A DNA stretch of 64,000 nt from the NCBI GenBank assembly GCA_963782525.1, contig CAWAKC010000003.1, forward strand, positions 1 to 64,000. The letters are read 5' to 3'. The translations under genes were made by a program, and so were the position numbers. The notes under the pieces are model-generated. The model was not told where the DNA came from. It did no database searches and worked only from the letters and a program-made list of their open reading frames with translations. Source of the stretch: Candidatus Bathyarchaeota archaeon (GTDB taxonomy: Archaea; Thermoproteota; Bathyarchaeia; Bathyarchaeales; Bathycorpusculaceae). Below, piece by piece: positions 1 to 11,333 of this stretch. Positions within the stretch are counted from its first letter, which is position 1. The number at the start of each line of letters is the position of its first letter.

Positions 1-60
1 TGAAGTTAAAAATCTTTAATATCCCAAAACATATAAACAACCGTAAGGAACAAGCCTCAT

Positions 61-987
61 ATGACCTTCACTGAAACCTTCCAGCTTAAAGCATTGGCGC
101 CCTTTAACTTTGATTTATGTGCTCAAATTTTTTCGAATGGCGGTAGCCCCGAAATCCGAAGCTACGCAAATGGTGAGTTCCATCAAGTTCTACGGCTCAA
201 CGGAAATCTTGTATTAATCAATGTTAGCTCTGTTGGAACTATTGAAAAACCAAAATTGTGGGTAGCGCTAAAATCAAACAATGCGCTAACATTGCAGGAT
301 AAAAAGGCGGCAAAGAAAATGGTCGAGTTTGTCTTCAACTTGAATTTCGACCTCAAATCTTTCTACCAAGAAGTTAAAAAAGACCCTGCGATGCATCAGA
401 TAACTCAGCAATTGTACGGCTTAAAGAACCCCACAACCCCAACGGTCTTTGAATCGCTGGTTGATTCGATTGTGGAGCAGCAAATCTCAATAAAAGTTGC
501 AATAACAATTGAGCACAGATTGACAAAAAAATTCGGTGATCACTTAGTCATCGATGGCAAAACCTACTTTGAGTTTCCAACATCACAAAACATCGCAGCT
601 GCCAGCATAAATGAAATCCAGCAGGTGGGGTTAAGTCTGCGCAAGACAGAGTACATTCAGAACGCTGCAAAGTTGATTGTGAATGGAAAGTTGGACCTTG
701 AACAACTAAAAACCAATCTTAACCCTGAGCAAATCATCTTTGAACTCGATGAGGTCCGAGGCATAGGTATCTGGACGGCGGAACTCACCATGCTTAGGGG
801 AATGCAGAAGTTCGATGCTTTTCCCGCCGACGATTTTGGTATAAGACGCGTTATTTCAAGGTATTATTGCGACGGCAAACCAGTCAAAACCCCGGAGGCA
901 CGAGAAATCGCCAAAGCTTGGGGTAGATGGAAAGGCTTAGCTGCTTACTACCTCATCATCGCAGAAGCTAAAGGCATAACGCTTTAG
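61..987 (+). CDS. alkA: DNA-3-methyladenine glycosylase II (AlkA/HhH-GPD family)
   Basis: SIVEQQIS, HhH motif VRGIGIWTAE, FPADDFGIRR and C-terminal W.RWKGLAAYY. Confidence 0.9.
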   Translation: MTFTETFQLKALAPFNFDLCAQIFSNGGSPEIRSYANGEFHQVLRLNGNLVLINVSSVGTIEKPKLWVALKSNNALTLQDKKAAKKMVEFVFNLNFDLKSFYQEVKKDPAMHQITQQLYGLKNPTTPTVFESLVDSIVEQQISIKVAITIEHRLTKKFGDHLVIDGKTYFEFPTSQNIAAASINEIQQVGLSLRKTEYIQNAAKLIVNGKLDLEQLKTNLNPEQIIFELDEVRGIGIWTAELTMLRGMQKFDAFPADDFGIRRVISRYYCDGKPVKTPEAREIAKAWGRWKGLAAYYLIIAEAKGITL

Positions 988-1823
988 CTTGTTAAGCGCT
1001 TTTTCATCAGGTTGATGCTAAGAATGAAGAAGAATATTGTAACTGCAATTACCCAAATTGAACTTATCAGTATTAAAATAGCTGGGTTCAATCCGAGAAT
1101 TGGTTCAGGGTTACCTGAAACAACTCCTCTAGTTATATTAACAATGTGTGTTAGCGGCAGAATTGCCATTGCAATGCCTTGTATGCTTGAGGGCAAAGAG
1201 GGTGAAGTTAGAGGGAAGAAAGTGCCGGCTAGAAAAAGCATCGGTGTTAAGAAGAGAAATGAAGGGTAGTTAAAGAAATCGATGTTTGGCGCAATTGCTG
1301 TGAAGCACATGGCGATGGCCGCAAACATCAATCCGCCAAAAAACGCAATTATCGGTAACAAGAAAAATAGTGGACTAGTGACTAATCCAAAGACTGCAAT
1401 CACTGCCAAAACGATTGTCGCATTAATCATCGATCTTGTTGCCCCCCAAAGAAGCTCGCCAGCAATGACTTCTTCAACACTTACAGGTGTGGCTACGATT
1501 GCGTCAAAGGTCTTTTGGAAATACATGCGCACAAACGAAGCGAAAGTGCATTCGAAAAAAGAGCCGTTCATAATGGCAATCGCTACTAGAGCTGGTCCAA
1601 GGAAGTAGATGTATGGTTGACCATTAATGCTTGGGATAAATCCACCTAGTCCAAAGCCGAAAGCAACCAGATAGATAATTGGCTCTATTAGGGATGGGAG
1701 AAAGTTGACTTTTATAGTTTTAGTGAAAACATCTAGGTTGCGGCGCCAAACATACCAAACCCGGTAGCTTAGTTTAGGTATGCTGAAGCGTGCGGGCGAT
1801 TTGCGCAGGTTAACTTCACTCAT
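984..1823 (-). CDS. ABC-2 type exporter permease (NodJ-like)
   Basis: Six hydrophobic segments, YFQKTFDAIVATP and FLAGTFFP; overlaps the ATPase gene. Confidence 0.85.
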   Translation of the reverse strand: MSEVNLRKSPARFSIPKLSYRVWYVWRRNLDVFTKTIKVNFLPSLIEPIIYLVAFGFGLGGFIPSINGQPYIYFLGPALVAIAIMNGSFFECTFASFVRMYFQKTFDAIVATPVSVEEVIAGELLWGATRSMINATIVLAVIAVFGLVTSPLFFLLPIIAFFGGLMFAAIAMCFTAIAPNIDFFNYPSFLFLTPMLFLAGTFFPLTSPSLPSSIQGIAMAILPLTHIVNITRGVVSGNPEPILGLNPAILILISSIWVIAVTIFFFILSINLMKKRLTS

Positions 1824-2752
1824 TCTTCCCTTAACCCTCTTCCTGTCAGTTTTAGGAAAACATCTTCAAGATTAGCTGAGCGTATGGCTACGTTTTGCAT
1901 TGGATGCTCTTTTAGGTAGCCTTCAAACACGCCGTGGGGTTTGTCAGTGAAGATTTGCAGTCGGTCACCTAAATGCTCAAAATCTGCATCTGGAAATGCT
2001 TCTTTCAAACTTGGCAGCAGCTTCTCGTCGTAGTCAACTTCTAAAACCTCTTCGCCAACATGCTTCTTCACCAATTCAGCGGGTTTGCCCTCCTCAATGA
2101 TTTTTCCCTTATCAACGATAAGGATGCGGTCACATAGGAAAGCGGCTTCATCCATGTAGTGTGTAGTTAAAATAATCGTCACTTGTTTTTTCTTTAAGTT
2201 GCGTACTTCATCCCATGCCAGATGCCTTGCCTGCGGGTCTAACCCTGTGGTTGGCTCATCTAAAAGAAGAATTTGAGGCTGATTTATCAGTGCCCTAGCA
2301 AAAATCAGGCGTCGCTTCATTCCTCCTGATAGGGCAGCTATGGAAGAATCTTTTTTTTCTTCAAGTTGAAAAAACTTTAGCTGCTCATTTGCGCGTTTGA
2401 GGGCTTCATCTTTTGGGATGCTAAAGTAACGGCAATACACTGTTAAGTTCTTTATAACAGTGAAATCCGGGTCTAAATTGTCTTCTTGAGGCGCCACACC
2501 AACAAGGGCTTTTATTTCTCTGCAATGCGAGTTGACGCTTAAGCCGGCAACGTTGAGTTCACCATGTGTAGGAGGCAGAAAACAGTAAATCATCCGCACT
2601 GTGGTGGTTTTTCCTGCGCCGTTAGGTCCCAAAAACCCGACGCATTCACCCTTGAAAACCCTAAAATCTATGTTGTCGACTGCAATGAAATCCTCAAATT
2701 TCTTCGTTAAGCCTTTGGCTTCGATGACAACTTCAGTGGAACCCATATGCAA
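1820..2752 (-). CDS. ABC transporter ATP-binding protein (NodI-like)
   Basis: Walker A GPNGAGKT, signature LSGGMKRR, Walker B LLLDEPT, TTHY switch. Confidence 0.92.
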   Translation of the reverse strand: MHMGSTEVVIEAKGLTKKFEDFIAVDNIDFRVFKGECVGFLGPNGAGKTTTVRMIYCFLPPTHGELNVAGLSVNSHCREIKALVGVAPQEDNLDPDFTVIKNLTVYCRYFSIPKDEALKRANEQLKFFQLEEKKDSSIAALSGGMKRRLIFARALINQPQILLLDEPTTGLDPQARHLAWDEVRNLKKKQVTIILTTHYMDEAAFLCDRILIVDKGKIIEEGKPAELVKKHVGEEVLEVDYDEKLLPSLKEAFPDADFEHLGDRLQIFTDKPHGVFEGYLKEHPMQNVAIRSANLEDVFLKLTGRGLREE

Positions 2753-2790
2753 TCACATTTAGATTTGCCGCGGCAAACTTAAAACTAACG

Positions 2791-3027
2791 TTAAGGCTTC
2801 CCCGAAATATATTGACAGTATCCGTAGCTTATGGGCCCTTGCTTGGTGGTTTCGCAGGGGAACTCTTGGCATTCGAAACAGAGTTTTACGCCTTTGTTGT
2901 GGGCGCAGTTGCAGATTTGGCAGAATTTGTTCTCTCTTGCTACGCAGCCAACGCTTCCGTTAGGGCAGGTGCCTTTCATCATTTTTGGGCATTTCTCACA
3001 TGCGATTCCGCAAACACCAATCCTCAA
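2791..3027 (-). CDS. Small Cys-rich protein (DUF3795-like)
   Basis: CGIACEKC...C...CQICNCA...CFECQEFPC pattern. Confidence 0.7.
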   Translation of the reverse strand: MRIGVCGIACEKCPKMMKGTCPNGSVGCVARENKFCQICNCAHNKGVKLCFECQEFPCETTKQGPISYGYCQYISGKP

Positions 3028-3144
3028 ATCAAACCCTCCCCCTCAAAAAAGAATACTCTGCCTAATATTCATAATCCATAGAAATTTTGTGGTCTGGGTA
3101 AACTTTATTTGCCCTTACTTGCTCTTAATGTGCTGGAGAAAGCT

Positions 3145-3408
3145 ATGTTTTGTCCCTCTTGCGGCAGACTGAATAAGGATGGAGCCGCTTTTTGCGAGTA
3201 TTGCGGAAAAGCGTTGCCCCAAAAAACAACAGCACCTCAAATTGAAGTTAAACCGATGGCCCGAATAAATCCAAACCCCAACGTAAACGATTCTCAAAAA
3301 CCTAGATTATCGTTCAACGCAAAAAGAGGGATAGTCACTGGTTTATTGATAGTTGTCGTAGTTCTTGTGGTGCTTGCGATTTATTACCCGAGTATATTTC
3401 ACCTGTAA
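3145..3408 (+). CDS. Zinc-ribbon protein with C-terminal TM helix
   Basis: MFCPSCG...FCEYCG, then a hydrophobic C-terminus; ATG at 3145 preferred over the TTG at 3109. Confidence 0.75.
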   Translation: MFCPSCGRLNKDGAAFCEYCGKALPQKTTAPQIEVKPMARINPNPNVNDSQKPRLSFNAKRGIVTGLLIVVVVLVVLAIYYPSIFHL

Positions 3409-3568
3409 TCAGATAGTCGCTAAAATAATTGTTTTCCAACATGATATTGAGCTTGAAAATCTCCATTCTACATACTGCAAACTGAGCTTTTATCATCTAT
3501 CTGAGCCAGAATAACAAGCAGGAGGCTGCGGAGAAGGCGATTAGCTCATTCCTGTCAATTTTATCCTC

Positions 3569-4572
3569 TTATATAGGAGGTTTTTCAATTTTTTTATTAT
3601 TCAATGTTTTGGTCCACTGCTTGAATTCTGCGGATGGCGGTTTGTCGCGGTAGAGTTGTTTGCGTTTGGATTCCAGGAACATGTTTTCTTTGCCTGCGTA
3701 CTCTGCGGCGGTTAGGATGCTGTGCCCTGACTTGGCGGCTTTTTGGAAAACCGTATCCATTTTGGGTCTCCATGCTTCATCCCTAAGTGCATGATGCTCC
3801 AAAATAACCAAAGGCACTACCTCAACGATGCGTTCCAGATTCTTTAGTCCCTGCTCTAACTGCGTCAACTCAACGCGGAAGCCCCCCAGATAAAAAGGCG
3901 GGCCACCCAGCATAATTGCGGTAGGCTTAGTTGCTAAAATTAAATCAAGTGTGTGGGTGGACATCGGTCCTTGGATGTCGGGTGCAAACATGAAATCGCT
4001 CCTCGCCAATGCTCAACCACCGCCATTATGACCCAACCCAACATCGAATCTTCAGAGCCATGAGCAACTGCCTCAGAAAACCGCAAAGACGTTTTTCCAT
4101 AATTGAATGTTTTGCCGTCTGCCGCTTCGACTGCTTTAGCTTGTTTGCCAGCTGTTTTCTGAAACATCCAGGCGCGTTGCCGCTGGCTAGCGTTGATTTT
4201 TTCTTTTGGATTTTTGGCAAGGACGGTTTTGTTTTGGTAGATTTGACGCGCGGTTTCTCCATCTTCAGTCCAATTTACGACCCAGTCCTCGAAGGATGGG
4301 GTATGGTGGTCGAAATGGTAATGGCTGATAGTGGTTACTTGGGCTTTGTCGGCTGCTTCTGCTATGTTTTCTCGAAGTCGACTAATAGTTTGGAATTCGA
4401 GGGGATGCGGCGGCAAACTAAAACGGTAGGGCGCCAGCGAGATTCCAGCATCCAACAGAACCGCAACATCGGGCGTTTCCACAAGCGTACACATAGAGCG
4501 GACACCGAAGCTTTCCGCTGCCAAAGGTGTTACCTTAATTGATTTTAATGGATTCGCTTCAATTTTTTCCAA
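3569..4572 (-). CDS. Metallo-beta-lactamase-fold hydrolase (UPF0282-like), split by one frameshift near 4005
   Basis: LAAESFGVRSM and SHYHFDH in the 5' ORF; FAPDIQGP and EHHALRD in the overlapping 3' ORF. Confidence 0.8.
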
Positions 4573-4727
4573 GTTGCAGCATCACTGGGAAATTCTTGCA
4601 AGTTAACTAAGCCGCAGAAAGTAAAATGGGTTCCGTTGCTATTCAAGCCCTTAGAAAGTGTGTTTGGGCTTAGATGTTGGTCAATACGTTTAAATATGCA
4701 CTTTAACCAGCTTTTTTAGGTATACTT

Positions 4728-5171
4728 ATGATTGGTAAATCTGTTTTTGATGCTTCTAAATGCGATGACAATAAGTCTCGCAAAGATATTGCTGTTGAAT
4801 TTTTGAATCTAGTTGCTTCAGGTCGCCCACTAGATGGTTTGCTTTTCTTTGATCCAGACTGCAAAACCCATAATCCCTACACGGTTGGTGGCATAAAAGA
4901 ATTGGTTGATGCCATGATTGCAGTGCAAAAACAAGGCTCAGACGGAATAATTAAAGGGTCAAAAGCTGACTTTAAGCTTACAATCAGACTGGTTCTTGCT
5001 GATGGAGATTTTGTCGCAGTACATACTCAACTCGTAGGGTCCAACCCTAGTGAAGGAGGTTTAAGGCAAGTACACCTCTTTCGTTTTAGGGAAGACAAAA
5101 TTGTTGAGTATTGGGACGTTACCCAGTTTGTACCTGAGAATGCGCCTAACGCTACGGGAGCCTTCTCCTAA
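4728..5171 (+). CDS. SnoaL/NTF2-like protein
   Basis: KTHNP, LADGDFVAVH, HLFRFREDKIVEYWDV. Confidence 0.8.
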   Translation: MIGKSVFDASKCDDNKSRKDIAVEFLNLVASGRPLDGLLFFDPDCKTHNPYTVGGIKELVDAMIAVQKQGSDGIIKGSKADFKLTIRLVLADGDFVAVHTQLVGSNPSEGGLRQVHLFRFREDKIVEYWDVTQFVPENAPNATGAFS

Positions 5172-5251
5172 GTGTAGTTAGTTACAGCGTCTTGACAGTC
5201 ACAAACAATTAAGTCCAAGCAGTCCAGCAATAGATCAAAGGATGATTCTTT

Positions 5252-5818
5252 ATGAGCCAACAACCCAGCGAAAGCAAAAATTTGGAAGTAGCAACCCTTG
5301 CCGGAGGATGCTTCTGGTGCACTGAAGCTGCCTTCAGCATCATTAAAGGTGTAGATCGCATTGAACCAGGCTATACTGGCGGGGTCGTGCCTAACCCCAC
5401 TTATGAACAAGTTTCCACAGGCACCACGGGACATGCTGAGGCTGCGCAGATTTTCTTTGACCCAAAAGTTATCAGTTACCGCGAAATCTTGGAGATTTTC
5501 TTTACAATGCATGACCCCACATCGCTGAACCGCCAAGGCGCAGATGTAGGCACACAGTATCGTTCAGCCATATTTTTCCATACCCCATCACAGAAAGAAA
5601 TTGCTGAAAAACTAATCGCTGAGCTAAACCAAGAGGAAATCTGGAACCGACCAATCGTTACGGCAGTGGAACCGCTGAAGGTTTTCTACAACGCTGAAAC
5701 CTACCATAAAGATTACTACAAAAAACACCCCAAAGAACCCTATTGCCAAACAGTAATCGCTCCCAAAATCGCTAAGTTGCAGGCGCATTTTATTGATAAG
5801 ATCAAGGTGCCCCTATGA
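5252..5818 (+). CDS. msrA: Peptide-methionine (S)-S-oxide reductase
   Basis: GGCFWC active site, TGHAE, HDPT, QGADVGTQYRS, AETYHKDY. Confidence 0.96.
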   Translation: MSQQPSESKNLEVATLAGGCFWCTEAAFSIIKGVDRIEPGYTGGVVPNPTYEQVSTGTTGHAEAAQIFFDPKVISYREILEIFFTMHDPTSLNRQGADVGTQYRSAIFFHTPSQKEIAEKLIAELNQEEIWNRPIVTAVEPLKVFYNAETYHKDYYKKHPKEPYCQTVIAPKIAKLQAHFIDKIKVPL

Positions 5819-6386
5819 CTGCTCGAGCAACTGTTAATAGCGCAGATGAGATTTTAGCGGCTGATTGAGAAGGCGTCGGAGAAGAATTTCCTACCAATAA
5901 TAGGTCCAAACAAGGGCAAATATTTAGCCGAAGAGATTCGCAAGGCAAAACCACATCGAGTTCTGGAAATTGGAACACTCATTGGTTACTCCGCAATTCT
6001 AATGGGCAAAGAACTTGACTCCAGAGCCGAGATTATTACCGTCGAAATTCATCGGGATGAAGCTGAGTTAGCAGGTAAAAACATCGTTCGAGCAAACATC
6101 CCTGCTAAAGTCAAGATTATTACTCGGTGACGCATTGCAAGTGATTCCCACTTTAAAGGGTCCTTTTGACTTTGCTTTCATTGATGCTGAGAAAAGCGAG
6201 TATCTTCGGTATCTCAAGTTGGCGGAGGATAAATTGTGTAAAGGTGCGGTTGTTTTTGCAGATAACGCTGGGGTGTTTGCTGATCAGATGGGTGATTATC
6301 TGGATTATGTTCGTAATTCTGGGTTGTACCAAAGTAGATACATTCAAGTTGGCGGAGATGGAGTTGAAATAAGCGTTAAACTTTAG
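5815..6386 (+). CDS. Class I SAM-dependent O-methyltransferase, two frameshifts (~5857, ~6125)
   Basis: ATG overlaps the msrA stop; reading across frames gives LPIIGPNKG...VLEIGTLIGYSA...FDFAFIDAEK...ADN. Confidence 0.75.
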
Positions 6387-6485
6387 CTCAACCAATTATT
6401 CTCTTCTTTTTCACTTTTCTCCATGGTTTGTTGTGGAAAAAAGTAATATTTATTAGTTGATTGGTATTGAATATACGCGTTAACG

Positions 6486-6524
6486 ACTAAAAGTTCAACC
6501 AAAGTTAGCAACTAAAAGTTCAAC
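6486..6524. promoter_or_regulatory. 14-bp direct repeat ACTAAAAGTTCAAC x2, candidate operator
   Basis: Identical copies at 6486-6499 and 6511-6524, upstream of the large surface-protein gene. Confidence 0.45.
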
Positions 6525-6639
6525 TGTTAGTTGTTAACAAGTTTGTTGGGCGCAAAGCTAGCTTAACTAGTCAATGCTATGTTAAGCCTTAGTTTAGAAG
6601 CTCAAAAAACAAAAAAAAAAAAATAAGGAAGAAAAAAAA

Positions 6640-9352
6640 ATGAATAAAAAAAAAAATAAATTCGCAGCAGTAATAATAGCTACGTTCTTTATCCTTTCCA
6701 TTATCGCTTCAACAACCTTAACAGCAGACGCCCATACACCTCCATGGACAATACAAACATACGCATACGTTACAGCCTCACCAAGCTCTTGGGGACTCGG
6801 CTCAGCAGAACCAATGATAATTGTCTTCTGGATTAATAGCATTCCGCCAACTGCAGCAGGAACAACCGGCGACAGGTGGCTAGACATGACAATAGACGTC
6901 ACCGACCCATCAAACACGACTACACATTTCGGGCCATTCCAATCTGACCCTGTAGGGGGAGCCTATATGTCATATACCCCAACAGAAATTGGCGCGTACT
7001 CCGTTCTATTCACATTCCCAACACAAAATGCAACAGCATATGGTGGCACTAACGTTCCCAGCTCGAGCTCGTTCACCAACGCACTCGTTAACGACACTTA
7101 TTTAGGAAGCACTGCAACCACAACCTTCGAAGTAACCAACACACCAACATCATACTTCCAAGAAGCACCTCTGCCAGTAAGTTACTGGACACGACCCATA
7201 AACGAAAACAACCAATACTGGTATGCAATCGGCTCATCTTGGTTAGGTCAAGGTGAATACGGTGCTACTTACTTAAAGTACAACCCCAACGGCAACTATC
7301 TAAGCGCACCAAACACAGCACACGTCTCAGTCACCTACCCACTCACATGGGGAGGCATAGTCGGCGGAGACAACGCAGTAAACACTGCAATGAGCTTCTA
7401 TTCAGGATCACAATACCAACTCAAATTCCCCAACCCAATCATAATGTACGGCACACTATTCTTCAGCGAACCACAGAACAACGCACCCACAGGCAATGGA
7501 ATTGCAGCAATGGACCTTCGCACTGGAGAGATACTCTGGAGAAACCCAAATATCAACAGCATAATGGTTGGTCAACTTTATGACTTCGAATCTCCTAACC
7601 AACACGGTACCACAGGCAGTTACCTTTGGGCTTCAAGTACAATCGTTGGCACCTCAATCACTAACGTAACCGCAGCCGCTGTTAACGCCACAAAATACCC
7701 AATTGCACCAGGAACAGACCTAGGCGCAATCGCATCAACAACTAAGCAACGGCGCATTCAGCCAATCGGGTTGGATGGCAATTGATCCTCAAACAGGCAA
7801 CCTTCTATTCAACGAAACAAACGTACCAAGCGGCACACGCGCATACGGATCACAAGGCGAATGGCTAATCTACAACCTCGGCGGACCAAGCGCTACAAAC
7901 ATCACATACTTGACCTGTTGGAACAACACTATGCTCCCAGGCAACGACATTGCAGGTGGCATCACAGGATGGACACCAGGAGCACGCAACTATAACATGA
8001 GCACAGCATACAGCTTCAACGTAACACTCTCACAAAGCTTAACCAATACGAGCAGCCCATTCGGAGCAGCTAACCCACAAATCATGAGAGTTTTCCCAGA
8101 CGATCTCATCTTCGGACAAAGCTCAGGCTTACTACAGACACCCGGCACAGGCGTTAACGTACAAGGAACCCCTGATCCATTCGAATTTTGGGCAATCAAC
8201 CTAAACGCAACTAGAGGACCAATCGGTCAAATAATGTGGGACACAAAATATACAGCTCCAGCAGGCAACATCACCGTAACAATCGGAGTCGCAGATTCAG
8301 ACACTAACGTTGCAGTATACTACTACAAAGAGACCATGCAATGGACTGGCATCGACATGCTCACAGGCAAAGTAATCTGGGGTCCAACAGCAATGGAAAC
8401 TCCCGCATGGAACTTCTACACAGGTACCACCGGTCTAACTAGCCCGATCGGTATGGGTTACGGACACATGTACGTCGCAGGTTACGGCGGAGTACTCAGA
8501 GCGTACGACCTCAAGACAGGCAACATTGACTTTACCTTCGGCAATAACCCCAATGACCCAATGAACAGCACATACACAGCAGAAACAGCATACGGTGACT
8601 ACCCAACACAAGTAGGCGCAATAGCAGGCGGAAAAGTCTACCTAACCGAAGAAGAACACTCACTAAACGCTCCAGCATACCACGGTGCAAAGACACGATG
8701 CGTCAACGCAACAACAGGACAACTCTTATGGGATATCTACGGCATGTGCTCATGGCAAGAACAAGCAGCAGCAGACGGCTACTACACATGGTTCAACTTC
8801 AATGACCAACAAGTCTACGTCATGGGTCCAGGACCAAGCGCAACCTCAGTGACAGCTTCATCTCAAGGCACCGGCGCGTTAATTACCGGCACAGTAACCG
8901 ACCAAACACCCAATGCAGCTCTCAAAGGTACACCAGCAGTCTCAGACGCAGACCAAGGCATATGGATGGAATACATGATCCAACACAACGTTGTCAAACC
9001 AACCGACGTGAAAGGTGTTCCAGTCTCAATAGACGGAATTGACCCCAACGGCAACAGCATTCACATAGCAGACGTCACAAGCGACGAAAACGGCGTCTTC
9101 AGCTACTTGTACACATCAAACGTTCCAGGAGCCTACCAGATCACAGCAACCTTCACAGGATCACAAGCATATGGTCCATCATCAGCAGGAACAGCCTTAG
9201 CAATCGGCGCAGCAGCACCAACACAAGCACCAACACCAACACCAGCACAATCAGTTGCAGACCAATACTTCGTTCCAGCAATCGCAGGTCTATTCGTCCT
9301 CATCATCATTGTAGCCATCGTTTTGGCTCTATTGATGCTCAGAAAGAAATAA
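6640..9352 (+). CDS. Large secreted, membrane-anchored PQQ-like beta-propeller protein (~900 aa), split by a frameshift near 7745
   Basis: Signal peptide, repeated A.D..TG..LW propeller motifs, YWTRPI, EEHS, C-terminal Ig-like domain, PT linker, TM helix ending in RKK. Confidence 0.8.
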
Positions 9353-9378
9353 GCCAAACCACAAAAACAAAACAACAA

Positions 9379-9399
9379 CCCTTTTTCTTTTTTTATTTG
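9379..9399 (+). terminator. Oligo-T archaeal terminator
   Basis: CCTTTTTCTTTTTTATTTG just downstream of the stop at 9352. Confidence 0.5.
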
Positions 9400-9689
9400 T
9401 AAACAATTTTAGAGATAACAAGACCCCGAAAATTTTCTTGACACCTTTAGCCTTTTCAGACATGTTAAACTGCAAATAAGCTTAATCATGATTTAGAATA
9501 TTTTTTAAAAAAGTGAATGGCGCCAAATATAATGGCTAATTAATTATTTGTATTTGAAAATGAATGTTTTTATTGAGTAATCTTGGTTCCGGTTTCTATT
9601 TAATTATGGAACAATTAAGTTTTGTATGATCGACTTGCTTAGTACATATCTTACCCAAAGTTTTAATGATTGGGTTGTTTGTGTTTGGT

Positions 9690-9790
9690 TTCGGGTGGGC
9701 GATGACGAGTCTGGCCCCGAAGACGTAAGGATGATAGGGATCTTGAGTGCGAACGACGGTAATGATGACAACACTCAGGCTTGACTTGAA
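9690..9790 (+). ncRNA. Candidate box C/D-like (K-turn) small RNA
   Basis: GC-richer non-coding patch with ATGACGA (9702), CCGA (9717), ATGATAG (9731), ATGATGA (9762) and TTGA (9781); TTTTAAT TATA-like box at 9661. Confidence 0.35.
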
Positions 9791-9945
9791 TGTTTAGTTA
9801 ACGTCTAAGAGCTCACCTAATTTTTGTCCTCCATTCTATCTGAGAGAGAAGAAGTCAGCTATGAGAAACATAGAGATTCCAACAATGCCTAAACTCGCCT
9901 ACATATGAGAGGTTATAGATTTTTCGAGCATCAAACCAATGAATA

Positions 9946-11333
9946 TTATTGCTCTTTTAGCAAGTTTTTGCGGCTGAAAATCTTCTCAATTTCCTCAGGT
10001 CTCAGCAGTCCTTTTTCAAGCGCCACTTCTTTCACTGTGCGGTTTTCCGCTTGGGCTTGCTTGGCGATTTTTGCTGCTTCCAAATAGCCAATTTTTGGGG
10101 CTAAAAGTGTGGCTAAGGAAGGGTTTTTTTCTAAGGTATTGTTCGCAGCGTTTCTCGTCAACCGATATGCCTTTAACGCATTTGGCTGTGAAGACTGGAA
10201 TGTAGTTTGCGAGGATTTGAATGGAGAAGAGCATGTTGTAAGCGATTGTGGGTGTCATGACGTTAAGTTCCATTTGCCCCGCCTGCACCGCAAGGGAAGT
10301 TGTTAAGTCGTTGCCGACTACTTGGAACGCTACCATGTTGAGGCATTCAGCCATCACGGGGTTCACTTTTCCAGGCATAATCGAAGAACCCGGTTGCACA
10401 GGTGGCAAAGTGATTTCGTTGATTCCTGTAGTTGGTCCCGATGCGAGCAACCTCAAGTCGTTTGCGATGCGTATGAGTTCTAATGCCAAATCTTTAAGCC
10501 CACTGGAAACAGTTTGGGCTGCACGGTGGCTTTGTAGGGCTTCGAAATTGTTTTTTGCTGGCTTAAGGGGGAAACCTGTAAGTTTTGCCAGCTCGGCAAT
10601 AGCGATTTTTTTGTAGTTTGGATGTGTGTTTGCGCCTGTTCCCGTGGCCGTGCCACCTAAAGCAACTGAATAGAGATTCTCTTGTCTACGTCGCAGTTCA
10701 TTACAAGCGTTGGCGATTGCAGAGCCGTAAGCACTGAACTCTTGCCCAACCGTAACAGGTACAGCATCTTGAAGGTGAGTTCTGCCTGATTTTAGTACAT
10801 GAGCGTTCTTTTTGCCCAATTCCTCAAAAGCTACAGATAGTCCATCAAGCGCCAAAAGCAAAGGCTGAAGCGCCATCAAAACAGAGACATGTAGAGCTGT
10901 AGGGAAGGTGTCATTTGTGGATTGAGCCATGTTCACGTGGTCATTGGGACTGACAATTTTGTATTCGCCTTTCTGTCTTCCCAGAATTTCTAGAGCTCTG
11001 TTTGCTAAAACCTCGTTAACATTCATATTGAAGGATGTGCCTGCACCTGCTTGGAAAACGTCAACGACGAATTGGTCGATGAGTTTGCCACCAAGAATCT
11101 CGTCGCATGCGGCAATTATTGCTTTTGCGAGTTTTTCATCAAGCCACCCAACCTGCTAGATTTGCGGTGGCAGCGGCTTTTTTTATGAGAACATATGCTT
11201 TGATAAATTTCGCTGGTTCTTTAAGTCCGCTGACTGGAAAATTCTCGGTTGCCCTCAACGTTTGAATGCCAAAGTAAGCGTTTTTTGGGATTGCCCGCTC
11301 GCCCAACGGATCGATTTCTTTTCTGGTTTCCAC
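9946..11333 (-). CDS. aspA: Aspartate ammonia-lyase / class II fumarase family lyase, two frameshifts
   Basis: YFGIQTLRATENF, QSTNDTFPT, GRTHLQDAVP, GSSIMPGKVNP and IGYLEAAKIAK spread over three overlapping ORFs. Confidence 0.8.

Noticed and set aside
9701-9730. Hammerhead ribozyme or fluoride riboswitch
   Set aside because: ATGACGA-GTCT...AGAC-GTAA resembles a hammerhead core but lacks the invariant CUGA and GAAA. The fluoride pseudoknot pairing is not satisfied and no gene follows on this strand.
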